Assembly: GCF_038025025.1 (NCBI RefSeq)
Contig: NW_027117342.1
Coordinates: 434,001 to 498,000, forward strand
From: Phyllosticta citribraziliensis
Lineage: Eukaryota
Length of the DNA: 64,000 bases
Direction of reading: 5' to 3'
A program made the position numbers and the translations under genes. Under the pieces are notes generated by a model that was given only the letters and a program-made list of their open reading frames with translations, was not told where the DNA came from and made no database searches. This document shows, piece by piece, positions 47,707 to 58,822 of the stretch (the first letter of the stretch is position 1; each line of letters starts with the position of its first letter).

Positions 47707-49486
47707 ACGGGGCCTTTTCTTTCTGAACTTGAATTCAATACCACTGAGCGACGCTTGAGCCTCTTTCGAGTCACCAAAATCTGATTAAAGCATGGACGAG
47801 TAGCGTGAGGAAGATGATGTGCCAGCAGGTAGGTGGGTCAGTCTGAATCTGACTTGTGTAGTCTGTTCCAATTGCCTGAACTGGACATGCCATGCACCAT
47901 TCGTCCTCGTCCATCATCTCGTTGTTCCTTTTCGCTGGAAAGCTTCTAGGCCTCTCAATGGGACTGTAAATCGACCGGGGAGTAATCAACTTGAAAGTTC
48001 GAAGCTGTAGGCAGCAGACGTGAGGCTGGGAACATGAATATGGAACATGGAGCCCCAGAAACATGTTTGCCAGGCGTCTCTCTCAGTAATCTGGCCAGTA
48101 GGTTGCTGGGATGTCAGACCCAAGAGCAGTGCTGCAATATCACCACTGTGGTACCTTGTTTGCTCGGGCGGTTGCGCGCCTTCTTCCCAGTATCAACATC
48201 TCCCAGTTAAGCCTAGTGTGGGCGCACTTGAGCACTGCAGAATAGACGACTTTGCGAAGCAACGGCTCCTCTCCTCTTCTTCACCGTCCTCACGTCCCTC
48301 CTCTCCTCTCGCTGCGTCTGGCCTTTCTCTTCTTCGTTTCGAGCTGGCAGTAGATGTCTTGAGCGTCTGCTGCCAGCCCACTCATTCCCCATCCTCTTGC
48401 CGATCTGGCGTTGAGGTTTTCTCATTACCCACCACATCAGCAAGCGTGCCCCGGCACTTGAACCTGGTTCACCGAATGTTAGACGCCACCTGGTGGATGT
48501 CTGGGTTAAGTCCTCCCTTCAAAATCGACATTCAAACACTCCCTCAACTTTTCCCTTCTCATAGACAAGTAGCGATGAATCAAGTCTACCTGTCCACTCT
48601 ACGAACGAGTCCATGACGGATGTGCCGAAATGGCAGTGACCATTTTCTGTCAAGTCCCAAGTGCCGGCACTAATGTTTCAAGCAGCGCCCGAGGCAAGCG
48701 AGGAAAAGAGGTCCGGTTAGACCACGTATGCCTGTACAAATTGCCGTCGTTCCTTGAAGTACAGTTCGGTAGCTTGACGCAGGGGAGGTGACATGCAGGT
48801 GGCTTAGCCGGCCGGTCGTCCCTTGAGACCCATTGACTCGTGTGTTGCAGTAGATTTTGGCGAATCGATCATTGAAGCTTTTGGCTTTGATAGCTTCTGC
48901 AAATTGATTTCAAAATATATCCTAGAGGCTGGTCCAAAAAGACGATGGAAAGTTGGGGTTGGAAAATGGACAGCCACACCTCAGTGACGGCCCGGAGCAG
49001 CCAGGGAGTGCACGGACGGGGCGAAGGCAGCAGACGCACCCTGCGCGGCACCGCACCGGCAGGGCAGCCACAATGCCAAGCTTTGGTCCCGTCCCAAGCT
49101 CCATCCCATCCACCCACCTGCCCATCCATCCTGCCAACTCTTCACTTTGGATCCTGTCCTGTCACTCCTCACCACCAACGTCTCTCCAACCCGACTCGAA
49201 TCGACTGGTCCGCCGTCGACCACGCAACTCCTCCTTGCGACCTCTGACGACCTTCAGCGCCAGCCTCTCGATCCGACTCGACTCGGTAGCTCCACGTAGC
49301 TCCCCAGATTGACGTCTCTGCCTCTCGGACCGTGTCGACAGCACCAGTCTCAGCAGCGTTTCCGGGCTCAACCTACACAAGAGAAGAGTAGGGTGCTTCG
49401 CGGATCCTCCCACCAGCCAACCCATTAGGCGCGGAAGAAGAGAAGCTTCGAGTCTCGACGACGCAAACAAGACAGGCACAGCAGCA

Positions 49487-50208
49487 ATGGATTTTTCAGA
49501 CATCTTGTACGTTTTACCTCGTCTCACCTGTGGGCCGGCCGGCGCCAGCGCTGAGCGGGCGGTGCGAGCGGTGTGTGCGCGACGCGCGTGCGCGGGTGCG
49601 GCGTCGGCGGTGGGCTTGCGTCATGCCTGGGCGGCCGTCCATGGCACTGGAGGCCCTCAGCAGAAGGCGATGCTCGCACGGCTGGCGCGGCGCGCAACGA
49701 TCAATGCATGAACCGTCTGCTAACATGAGGTCCACAGTCGCATAGTCAACCTGGGTGTTGGCATCTTCATGGTGCTGGGCGGCATTGCGCAGTTCTTCCC
49801 GCTCGGCCTGAAGGAGATTATCCTCGGAGTCTATCTCTGTCTTTTTGGCGCTGCGACGGCGGGTCTCGGTATGTGGTGCACTTGAACTGTGAGGAAGCAA
49901 ATGCTAACAGTGTCCTACAGAATTCCAAATCCCTCCGCCTGTCGCTAGGTATGCGTCGTTCATGTTCTCCTTCATTGGGCGCGGCGTGTGTAAGTACTTC
50001 TCGGGCGAGGAATTGAGCTTCGCTGACGACAGCAGTCTACGTCTTCATCGGCAGCGTCATTCTGGCGGACCGGTGGTTCAAGTACGTGCCAGGAACCATC
50101 ATCGGCCTCGTTGGCGTCGCGTACATTGTGCTCGAGTACATTCCGTCGATTGAGCCGCCGGCCAACATGAGGGATGCCGACGCTGGATGGGGTGCTGAGC
50201 AGGTGTAA
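49487..50208 (+). CDS. TVP15: Golgi membrane protein Tvp15 (COPI-associated family), 4 exons
   Basis: 'MDFSDIFRIVNLGVGIFMVLGGIAQFF', 'EFQIPP', 'YASFMFSFIGRGV', 'LEYIPSIEPPANM'. Confidence 0.88.
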
Positions 50209-50876
50209 TGGAGTTGAGATGCAGACTCTACGCAGACTGGATTTCCACAAGGCAATGGGGACGTGCGGGAGGATGGCAGTGTGTGGTGGTCAATGGAGGA
50301 GCACGGTATGGCGTCGGATTGTAGGGACTTGTTCTAGTGTGCATGTTTATGTTGTAGAAGAGAAACGAGACTTGGCGCCACGGTGGACCCTGAGATGAAC
50401 ATGGCATGGTGTTTTGAAGCCGGGGACAGCGATTGGCCAGTGGTGGCATGATGGTCGTCGCATCCTTGCTGGGCTGAACGAATCCCCGTCGACAAATTAC
50501 CACGACTCTTGTCCAGATTCGCTGTCGCCTACCAAGAAGTCAAGTCGACGGTGGCTCGTAATCAGGCTTTGCAGCCTGTGCCACAGTCTGTACGCCATTG
50601 AAGTCATGATCCGCAGGCCTGGTCTTGGCGGCGACGACGGTGCATCAGAGCAATCTGCGCACAATCCACCTCATGCCTCCAATACTCCCTTGGGGATTAC
50701 TCCGCTGCCGTGAGGGCTCTCCTTCCTCTCCTCTCCTCTCCTCTCCTCTCCCTTTCCTTGCCGCCGTCTCGCCCACGCCACGCCACGCCACGCTGCCCCC
50801 GCCTTCCTGACACCTCGTCCTCGTCCTCTCCCAGACCTCGACATTCCTTCGTTGCGACACCGTCCCACCCTCGATC

Positions 50877-53264
50877 ATGTCCTTTGACCCATCCCAAGAC
50901 ACGGCTGCCGGAGCCCTTGCGCCAGGAGAAGAAATCCCCTCAAACAATGTCGAGGGCTCCAACGGCATTGGCACCGGCCCTCAGGTCGTTAGCACCTCCC
51001 CCGGTCTCCAGCTTCAGAGCGGCCCGTTGCTCAACTTCAAGCGCATGAGCGGCGTTGCGACAGGACGTCCCACCTGGCATGGCAGCGTGCTCATTGTGAC
51101 GACTCCAGGCCAGCAGAAGCCAGAACTGCTCTTGAACGAGCTAGGCCCCGTCCACGGCGCCACGCCGCCCACCGAAGCCACCCCGCGCCGCTTCGAGGGA
51201 TTCCTGCTCTACGAAGACGCCCAAAAGGCTTTTTGGCGCTTTGGAATTGAGCTCCCCTTCCTCGACTACGAGACCCGATGGCAGTACCACATTCCCAACC
51301 TGCATCCCGTCCTGGGAGGCGAGCGCGCCAACAACGACGTCGGGACCCGCGTCTTTGCCGTCCCGGCCATCTCGCAGTCGATGCGCATTCTATTCCATTC
51401 GTGCAATGGCTTTTCAGTCGGTACCGACGTCGACGCCTGGTCCGGTCCGGCCCTCTGGAATGACGTGCTGCGCAACCACGACCAAAAGCCCTTCCACGTC
51501 ATGCTGGGCGGTGGCGACCAAATCTACAATGACGGCGTGCGCGTAGACGGCCCGTTGCGCAACTGGACCGAGATTTCGAATCCGAAGAAGCGCCAGCACT
51601 TCCCCTTTGACGAGGACTTGAGGGACCGCTGCGACGAGTATTATTTCAAAAATTATGTTCGCTGGTACAATACCAAGCCGTTTGCCGACGCCAACGGCCA
51701 GATTCCGCAGTTGAATGTTTGGGACGATCACGACATTATTGATGGCTTTGGTTCCTATACCGATCATTTCATGAGGTGTGCCGTCTTTCGCGGCATTGGA
51801 GGTGTTGCTCACAAGTGAGTCTCGGCTTTTTTGATTGGCCAATGGCAATCTAACGGTTTCAGATATTATATGCTTTTCCAGCAGCACCTTGCTCCGCCCA
51901 AGAGCACGTTTACCACGGATTCCCCAAAGACGGTCGAGCCCGGCGCCGACGGCACTCCCGCTGACCCCGTTCAGATGAGGGATACGTTTGTTGCCGAGGA
52001 GCCAGAGGATGAGGAGGCCTACATTAATGGCGACAAGCCCGGCCCCTACGTCGAGGAGCGGAGTCGCTCTCTCTACGCTCAACTCGGCGCGCGCATTGCC
52101 TTTTTGGGAATTGATGCGCGCACGGAGCGTACCCGCCACCAAGTCAACTACCCCGACACGTACAACAAGATCTTTGCGCGCATGGAAAAGGAGTTTGCTA
52201 CCAATCGCGAAATCAAGCATCTCGTGCTGCTTCTTGGAGTTCCAATCGCCTACCCTCGTCTGCAGTGGCTTGAGAACGTCTTGCAGAGCCCCCTGATTGC
52301 TCCCATTCGTTTGCTGAACAAGCGCTTTGGTGTGGCGGGCAGTCTTTTCAACCATTTTGATGGCCAAGTCGACATCTTGGATGATCTCGACGACCACTAC
52401 ACGGCCCATAACCACAAGGCGGAGCGCAAGGAGTTGATTCTGCGCCTGCAAGACCTTGCCAAAAAGTACAGTGTTCGCGTCACGATTCTTGGAGGCGACG
52501 TCCATCTCTGCGCTTTTGGCCGCTTCTACAGCAAGCCATCGCTGCAAATTCCGACAGAGCGCGACCACCGGTACATGGTCAACATCGTCAGCAGCGCCAT
52601 CACCAACAAGCCGCCGCCGCAGCCCGTCGCCAACCTGCTGGCGCGCCGCAACAAGATCCACCACCTGGACTCATCAACGGACGAGACGCTCCTCGAGCTG
52701 TTTGACCGCCAGCCGGGCTTCAGCGCCGATGGCAAGGACGAGAAGAACGTCGGCCGCAAGTCGGGCGAGAAGAACTTTTGCACCATGCCCTCGCGCAACT
52801 ACGCCATCATCGCCGAGAGCAACGACGTGGGCTCGCCTCCCACCTCGTCCAACGGCTCTGCTGCCTCGGCCGGCGCCCCCGCCTTCCAGACGCTCAACGG
52901 CGCGCTGGCGCCCCCCGGCGCGCCCCCTGGCACCGCCAACGGCTCCACCCACGCCCCGTCCGATGCGTACACGGCCAGCGTCCCCAGCACCGCGGGCTCG
53001 GATGTGCAGCCCAACGGCGACGCCAACGGCTCGCTCGAGCCTCCCCCCGCCGCCGGCGGCAAGAAGGTGAATCCGCGCCGCGCGCTGCATCCCGGCGAAA
53101 AGGGCGCTGGCGCCCGCCATCCAGCTGCGAGCGGCCTGGCGCCCACGCGCATGGGCGGGCCGAACGGCCTCGACGTCACGTTCAGAGTCGAGGTCACCAA
53201 TAAGGATGCGCAGGGCGCGACGGACGGGTATGGCGTTGTTGTGCCGGGGCTGGAGGTTGAGTGA
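50877..53264 (+). CDS. Fungal PhoD-like metallophosphatase-domain protein, 2 exons
   Basis: 'FHSCNGFS', 'HVMLGGGDQIYND', 'WDDHDIIDGFGSY', 'DARTER', 'DDLDDHY', 'LGGDVHL', 'VSSAITN'. Confidence 0.85.
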
Positions 53265-53827
53265 GTGAGTTAGTGAGGTTGCATCTGTGAGTTGGGAGTG
53301 AGAGTGAGAGGAGAGAGGAGAAGTATTTGAGTTTGCGGAGGCCGTGTTGGTGGGTCTGTTTTCTTCGTTTTTCTGGCGGCGTCGTCGCATTCTTTTTCAC
53401 TGGATTAATATCTAGATCCCCTTCCTTTCCTTACCTACCCCATACTACCCATCTTACCTACGGAGATACCCACCCCCTTTTGGCGTCTTGTAGTTTGTAG
53501 TTGACGTGACGGCTGGCTGGTCATCTGTCTGTTTGCCTGTCTGTCTGTCTACTTTCCCCCATTGGCGCTTAGTTACTTAATACCACATCCACTGTATTAA
53601 TCAATCTCAGTTGTATAGCATATCATAGCATAGCATATCATATCATATCATATCAAAAGCCTTGGTCCATCACCCGAGTATACACGCTGTGAATTGGGTT
53701 GGGGTAATCCAGACTTGGCCCGTTTATTTTACAATCTGCCAACATTCCCCGCGACTTCTCAGTCTCCGCAACATCCACTCCTCACACACCTAAGCATCCA
53801 CATCCCATCCCATCCCATCCCACCCCA

Positions 53828-56775
53828 TCACAACTCCCTCACAAACCCCACCTCAACAAGCTTATCAACCGGCACCATCATCTTGGCAACCTTGGCCCGC
53901 GTATTCGCCCTCAACCACAAAAACACGCCCAACACGCCCTGCCGCCACCAATCCCAGTAGCTGCCCGGCCCTATTAGCCGCAGCTCCTCCTTGCCCACGA
54001 CGTACACGACCTGCGTCGCGTAGGCCGCGTCCAGCGCCGCCAGGCGTCGCTTGAGCGCGCTGTCCGGCAGCGCCGTGTACGGCGTGTCGGCGGGCCCGGC
54101 GAAGCGGACGGACGAGTTGCGGCGGTGGCGCGAGGGCGAGGGCGAGGGCTTGACGCTGTCGCCGTGCGAGTGCGGGTGCGAGTCGCTGCTGCTGCTGTGG
54201 CTGCGGCGGCCCTCCGATCCGGAGCCGGCGCCCTCGCCGACGCGGTCGATGAGGATGGACGGCGGCGCGGGGCTCGTGGCGCGCGGCAGGCCGACGTGCG
54301 CCGGGTCGAAGGGCCCGGGGATGATGCTGGGTTCCAGACTGGCGGCGGGCTGGCGCGTCGTCGGCGACGCCTTCGACTGCGTTTTGGCCGTAGGCGCCGT
54401 TTTGGGATTGAAGGAAGCAGAGTCGCTGTGCGTGCTGGCGGGGCGCGCGGCGCGGACGAGGGCGTGGCGCAGCTGCGTATACACCGTCGATCCGAGGTCG
54501 AAGTTCACGGGGTGGTCGTTGTAGCCGTGGCGGATGGTCAGGCGGTAGCAGTTTGGCATCGACGTGCCGGACGCCGAGTAGCGCTCGTCGTCGGGAATGT
54601 GCGGCATATGCAGCGCGCGCAGGTGCAGAAAGACGTGGACGTCCTGCTGCGCTTCAAACTTCTTGATAAACTCCTCGTACACAGCGGGGACCTTGTCGCC
54701 GGCTTTGTCGAAGAAGATGCCGAGGCCTTTAATGTTGTTGATTTCGCCGCCGCCCCAGCGGTCCGTCAGGCGCGGCTTGCCGTCTTCGTCTTTGATGATG
54801 AGGTCGCGGAGGTCGATGCGCTTCTTCTCTTCGGCCGCCCACTGCTTCTCTTTTCCGTATCGCCAGAGGATGAAGACGCTGCAGAGCAGGATGGCCAGGA
54901 CGAAGGTGAACCAGGCGCCGTCGATGAATTTTGTGGCCGCCGAGGTGAGGAAAAGTCCGTCCAGCGTGATGAAGACGAACCACACAGGGAGGACGACGAA
55001 CCAGCGGAACCTCCAAACCATGAGAGCGGTGATGGCGACCAGGTTGGTGGTGATGAAAGCGACGAGAATGACGCAAAAGCCGTAAGCGTGTCCGAGTTTT
55101 GTGGTCTATACAGTTAGCGACGATTGACGAAGGAGGCACAGTGGGTGCGAAGAAATGATGCCCCTAGCAGCGACTGTGGCCTGAGCCAACTTACATTATT
55201 GAAAACAGCCGTGACAATGACAGTACCAATCATCATGAGCCAATTAGCTACCGGAATATAAACCTGGCCGTGAAACTTTTCGCTGGTATAAATCATCTTG
55301 ATCTGAGGAAAGTAGGACATGTTCATGACCTGCGAGAGCAGCTGAAACGTGCTAGTGATGAGAGCCTGTGAGGCGACAATGGCGGCCAGGATGGAAATGA
55401 TGAGCGAAGGATACAGCATTCCCGGAGGTACCGTGTTGAAAAAGGGGTTGGAGTAGGCGCCCTCATTCTGGGAAATGTTGGCAGCTTGGCCAATGTAGGC
55501 GAGGAGCAAGCACGGGTATGCGAGACCAAGCCAGGAAATTTGAATGGCCCTGAACCGTCAGTATTGAACACGATAGCAAGATGAGTGCTCACTCTTTGGA
55601 AAAGGCGCCCATGTCGGCAAACAGTGCCTCGACACCAGTAAAGCACAGCAAGATACCACCAAGGGAGATCCATCCGTCAGTCTTGTTGCGAACCAAAAAC
55701 TGGCCGGCAAAGTAGGGCGAGAAGGCCTTGAGGACAGTCCAGTCGAAAGTCACCAAGTTCTGACATGGTTAGTACACAAACCAAGGATGGACTACATCAC
55801 TTACATAAATGCCAAAGCAGAGGTTCAAAAGGAGCCAGACGACGACAATCGGGGCAAAACCGCTCGCAAGCCTCGAGATTCCAAGTGGCTGGAGCAGGAA
55901 CAAGAGCACAAGAATGGCGCAGGAGACGCCAATGATGGTGCTGCTGGAGATGCCCGGAGTGACAACCTTGAGGCCTTGCACTGCACCCAGGACGGATTGC
56001 GCAGGAGTCAAGATGCTGTCCGACAGGACAAGACTGACACCAAAGACCGAGAGCGCTTTGAGGACTGCATGCGAGACGCGGCTATTCTCCAAAAAGTCGC
56101 GCAAGCTGCGGGTGCTGGGTCGCAGCTGGTTCGAAGCGTATCGCTCGAGTTTGTAGGCATTCTTCTTTTTCGGGTCTTGCTTTGCAATGTTGCACTGTCG
56201 CCGTCAGTCAAGGCCAGGCAAACATCAGAAGCACCTACATAGCGAGACAACAAACTGTAAATCGCAAAGGTACCACCCTCTCCTTCATCATTGGCATACA
56301 AGACTATGAGGACATATTTGATAGTCACAATCAAGGTGATAGACCAAATGATGAGGGAGAGAGCTCCGAGAAGGTCGTCATGAGATGGCTCCGAAGAAAA
56401 GGTGGACGAGTATACGTAGAGAGGACTTGTTCCAATATCGCCATAGATGACGCCGATGGACTGGTAAGCCAGCCTAGAGCCACGTTAGCGACGCTGCGAA
56501 CCACTGTCGGCTAACCAACCATAGCAAAGTCCATCCCCGAAAGACCTGTCGCTGTTAGCCCGGTTGAAACGAGAGAAAGGGTGTGGTACCTGTTTTTGCT
56601 TAAAGTCTCGGCTCTGCACGTCAAGAGCCTCCTCCTCGTCGTAAATGAGGTCAATGTCTTTTTCCACGCAAGCGGCGTCGTCGACTCTCGCAGAGGCGCG
56701 ATTTTTCAACTGATGGTTGTTGGACAAGGCAGTCGACTCGATGATGAGCTCAAGATCGCGAGAGGCGTTTGCCAT
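53828..56775 (-). CDS. KT/HAK/KUP potassium transporter, multi-exon (includes a 26-nt exon 56521-56546)
   Basis: '[20 protein letters not shown]', '[15 protein letters not shown]', '[17 protein letters not shown]', '[10 protein letters not shown]', '[11 protein letters not shown]', 'AYGF'. Confidence 0.93.
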
Positions 56776-57834
56776 TACTTGGTAACGCAGCGCACTGTGT
56801 GGATGGAAAAAAGCGCGCAGTGGTGGTCTGGCACACGTCGACGTCCGCGTTGGGCAGGCTGCGGGATTTTAGACACGGTGCAGCAGGAAACAACGAGCCA
56901 CGCGACAGGTTGAATGACAGGATAGGCGGAGCAGGAATCCCTCTATAAGCTCAAGTGTCGGGCTGTGCCATTCCTAGTTGACCGAGCTCATGACTGCTCC
57001 TTGAACGTGATGGTAGGAGGGTTTGCCCATCAGCGGAGCGCCGGACGAGGCGCAGGCGCAGCCAGCATCGTCAGGCAGGGCCAGGCATGGCCATGGTGGA
57101 CTCTGCCAAGTCGAAAACACAATTGTCTCGTCGTTATCGTCAGCCGCGGATTGGCAGACAAATGCCGCAGCAAAATATCCCGCTACAACCTTTTCTTCAG
57201 CGGCTTTCATTCACCATCGTTTGCGGTGGTCGATTAAATTTCGTCTTTGTCCTCACTAGCACTGCCCTCTTCCCAAATGACTGCCAATTTTCACCGTCTT
57301 TCTTTGACTTCTCTGCGGCAATTGAGAAGGCTGACAGTCGTACTCCGAAAATGCGGGGAACTGTGCGACCGGTACGACCACATGCCATGCAGCCAGCGGC
57401 GAGTCAGGCCATGGATACTTCAATTCAATACAAACGTCCGGCAAGGCACTTGAGAATCCATCTCGTAAAACTAACCTGTTGTTGAATTGACGTGGGCCGC
57501 GTCGACCTTCCTTTTGAGGAGACGAAGATCTCCAGAATTCAGTTTTCATCCAGGTCAACACGTGCGTAAAGATCCGGGGTATTGCTGGTCGATGGCGGTG
57601 ACGACAAGCTGTTAATTGTCCGTTTACATGATCAGCGCAGGGAAAGACAGCTGAGCAAAGCTGCCCTACACTAGCACACATATAGGGCAATAGGTGAGAC
57701 TTGAAGCCGTTTGCATCGTGTTCGCAGCGTAGCCTCCCTTGGACCGGCGTGGGTGGCTCCGTCAATCCATTCGTGTGCGCCATTTTTCACGGCGGCGGAG
57801 GCCGACGCGGAAACCAGACAGGGGGGTCCATCCA

Positions 57835-58422
57835 TCAGCCAAACCATTTCCCCAGAATTCCTGCACCGCCTCCTCCACCTTGTCCGCGACGCTTGGCTTC
57901 GCTGATGATCCACTGCCGCAAAAAGTCGCGATTTTTCATCTTGTCCACCGCCGTCACTCGCGTTTCAAACTGCGCTTCTTGTCGGTCAAACGCCAGCAGT
58001 GTCGGCATCGAGTTGATCTGTCGTTCCTTCAGCAACAAACCCCTGCGATTGATTCTTGTACTGACGCGATATGTTATGGGCAAGTCTCCAATCGTCACCG
58101 CGTCCACCTCGACCTCTGCGTATCCGACTCCGCCCTGCTCTTCACCGACGCCCTCTTTGCCCACCAGCTCCTCGAGTATCGGCTTGACGGCCTGGCATGA
58201 TGGACACCACGATGCAGTCCAGAGCGTGAGGAGTGGCCGGCGCGTGCTGGCGCTGAGGAGGAGCAGGTTGGCAAACTCGTCTGGATTGCGCACCGAGGTG
58301 TAGATTCGATTGGCGTTGTTGGCGGCGGAGCGGGGCGCGCTGCTGGAGAAATTGCAGCGAGGGCGGGAGAGGAGGAAGCGGAGGATAGGGCGAGCGGAGT
58401 GAGAGGGCCGTGCGAACATCAT
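57835..58422 (-). CDS. Thioredoxin-like protein with probable mitochondrial presequence, 2 exons
   Basis: Arg/Ser-rich N-terminus; 'LWTASWCPSC' CxxC; cis-Pro loop 'INSMPTLLAF'. Confidence 0.85.
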   Translation of the reverse strand: MMFARPSHSARPILRFLLSRPRCNFSSSAPRSAANNANRIYTSVRNPDEFANLLLLSASTRRPLLTLWTASWCPSCQAVKPILEELVGKEGVGEEQGGVGYAEVEVDAVTIGDLPITYRVSTRINRRGLLLKERQINSMPTLLAFDRQEAQFETRVTAVDKMKNRDFLRQWIISEAKRRGQGGGGGAGILGKWFG

Positions 58423-58822
58423 CTTGCGAGGTTGGAGTTGGTGATGGTCTCGATGTTCTCGGGGACCTTTTGGAGTCGACACACGTCATTGGTCTGTGCG
58501 CCGCGAGCGATTCTATTGGCTGAATGCTCAACCCGCAAATCTTAGCATTCAACCAAGGCCTGGTCGCAAAAGCCGTGGCATACATAATGATGGCAGGTGC
58601 TATTTCACAATATTCATACGCTTCTTTTAATGACTGGGAACGTTCGAGGACTGATTCGCAAAACCTCAGTATTGTGTGCCGTACGCTGCTACCAAGCCTC
58701 GATCTATCTCCTTTGCACATTAAATGACCCCAGATTCAATGGAAACAGTGAGAAAATGAATGATGAAGAGAATTGAACGTTGAGACATCAAGTAGTAAGT
58801 ATCGCTGTACTCCCTCCACGAC

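Noticed and set aside
47710..49480. 1.8-kb gap between MRPS12 and TVP15 with a 189-aa ORF
   Set aside because: No coding bias or motif; no RNA gene recognisable by eye.
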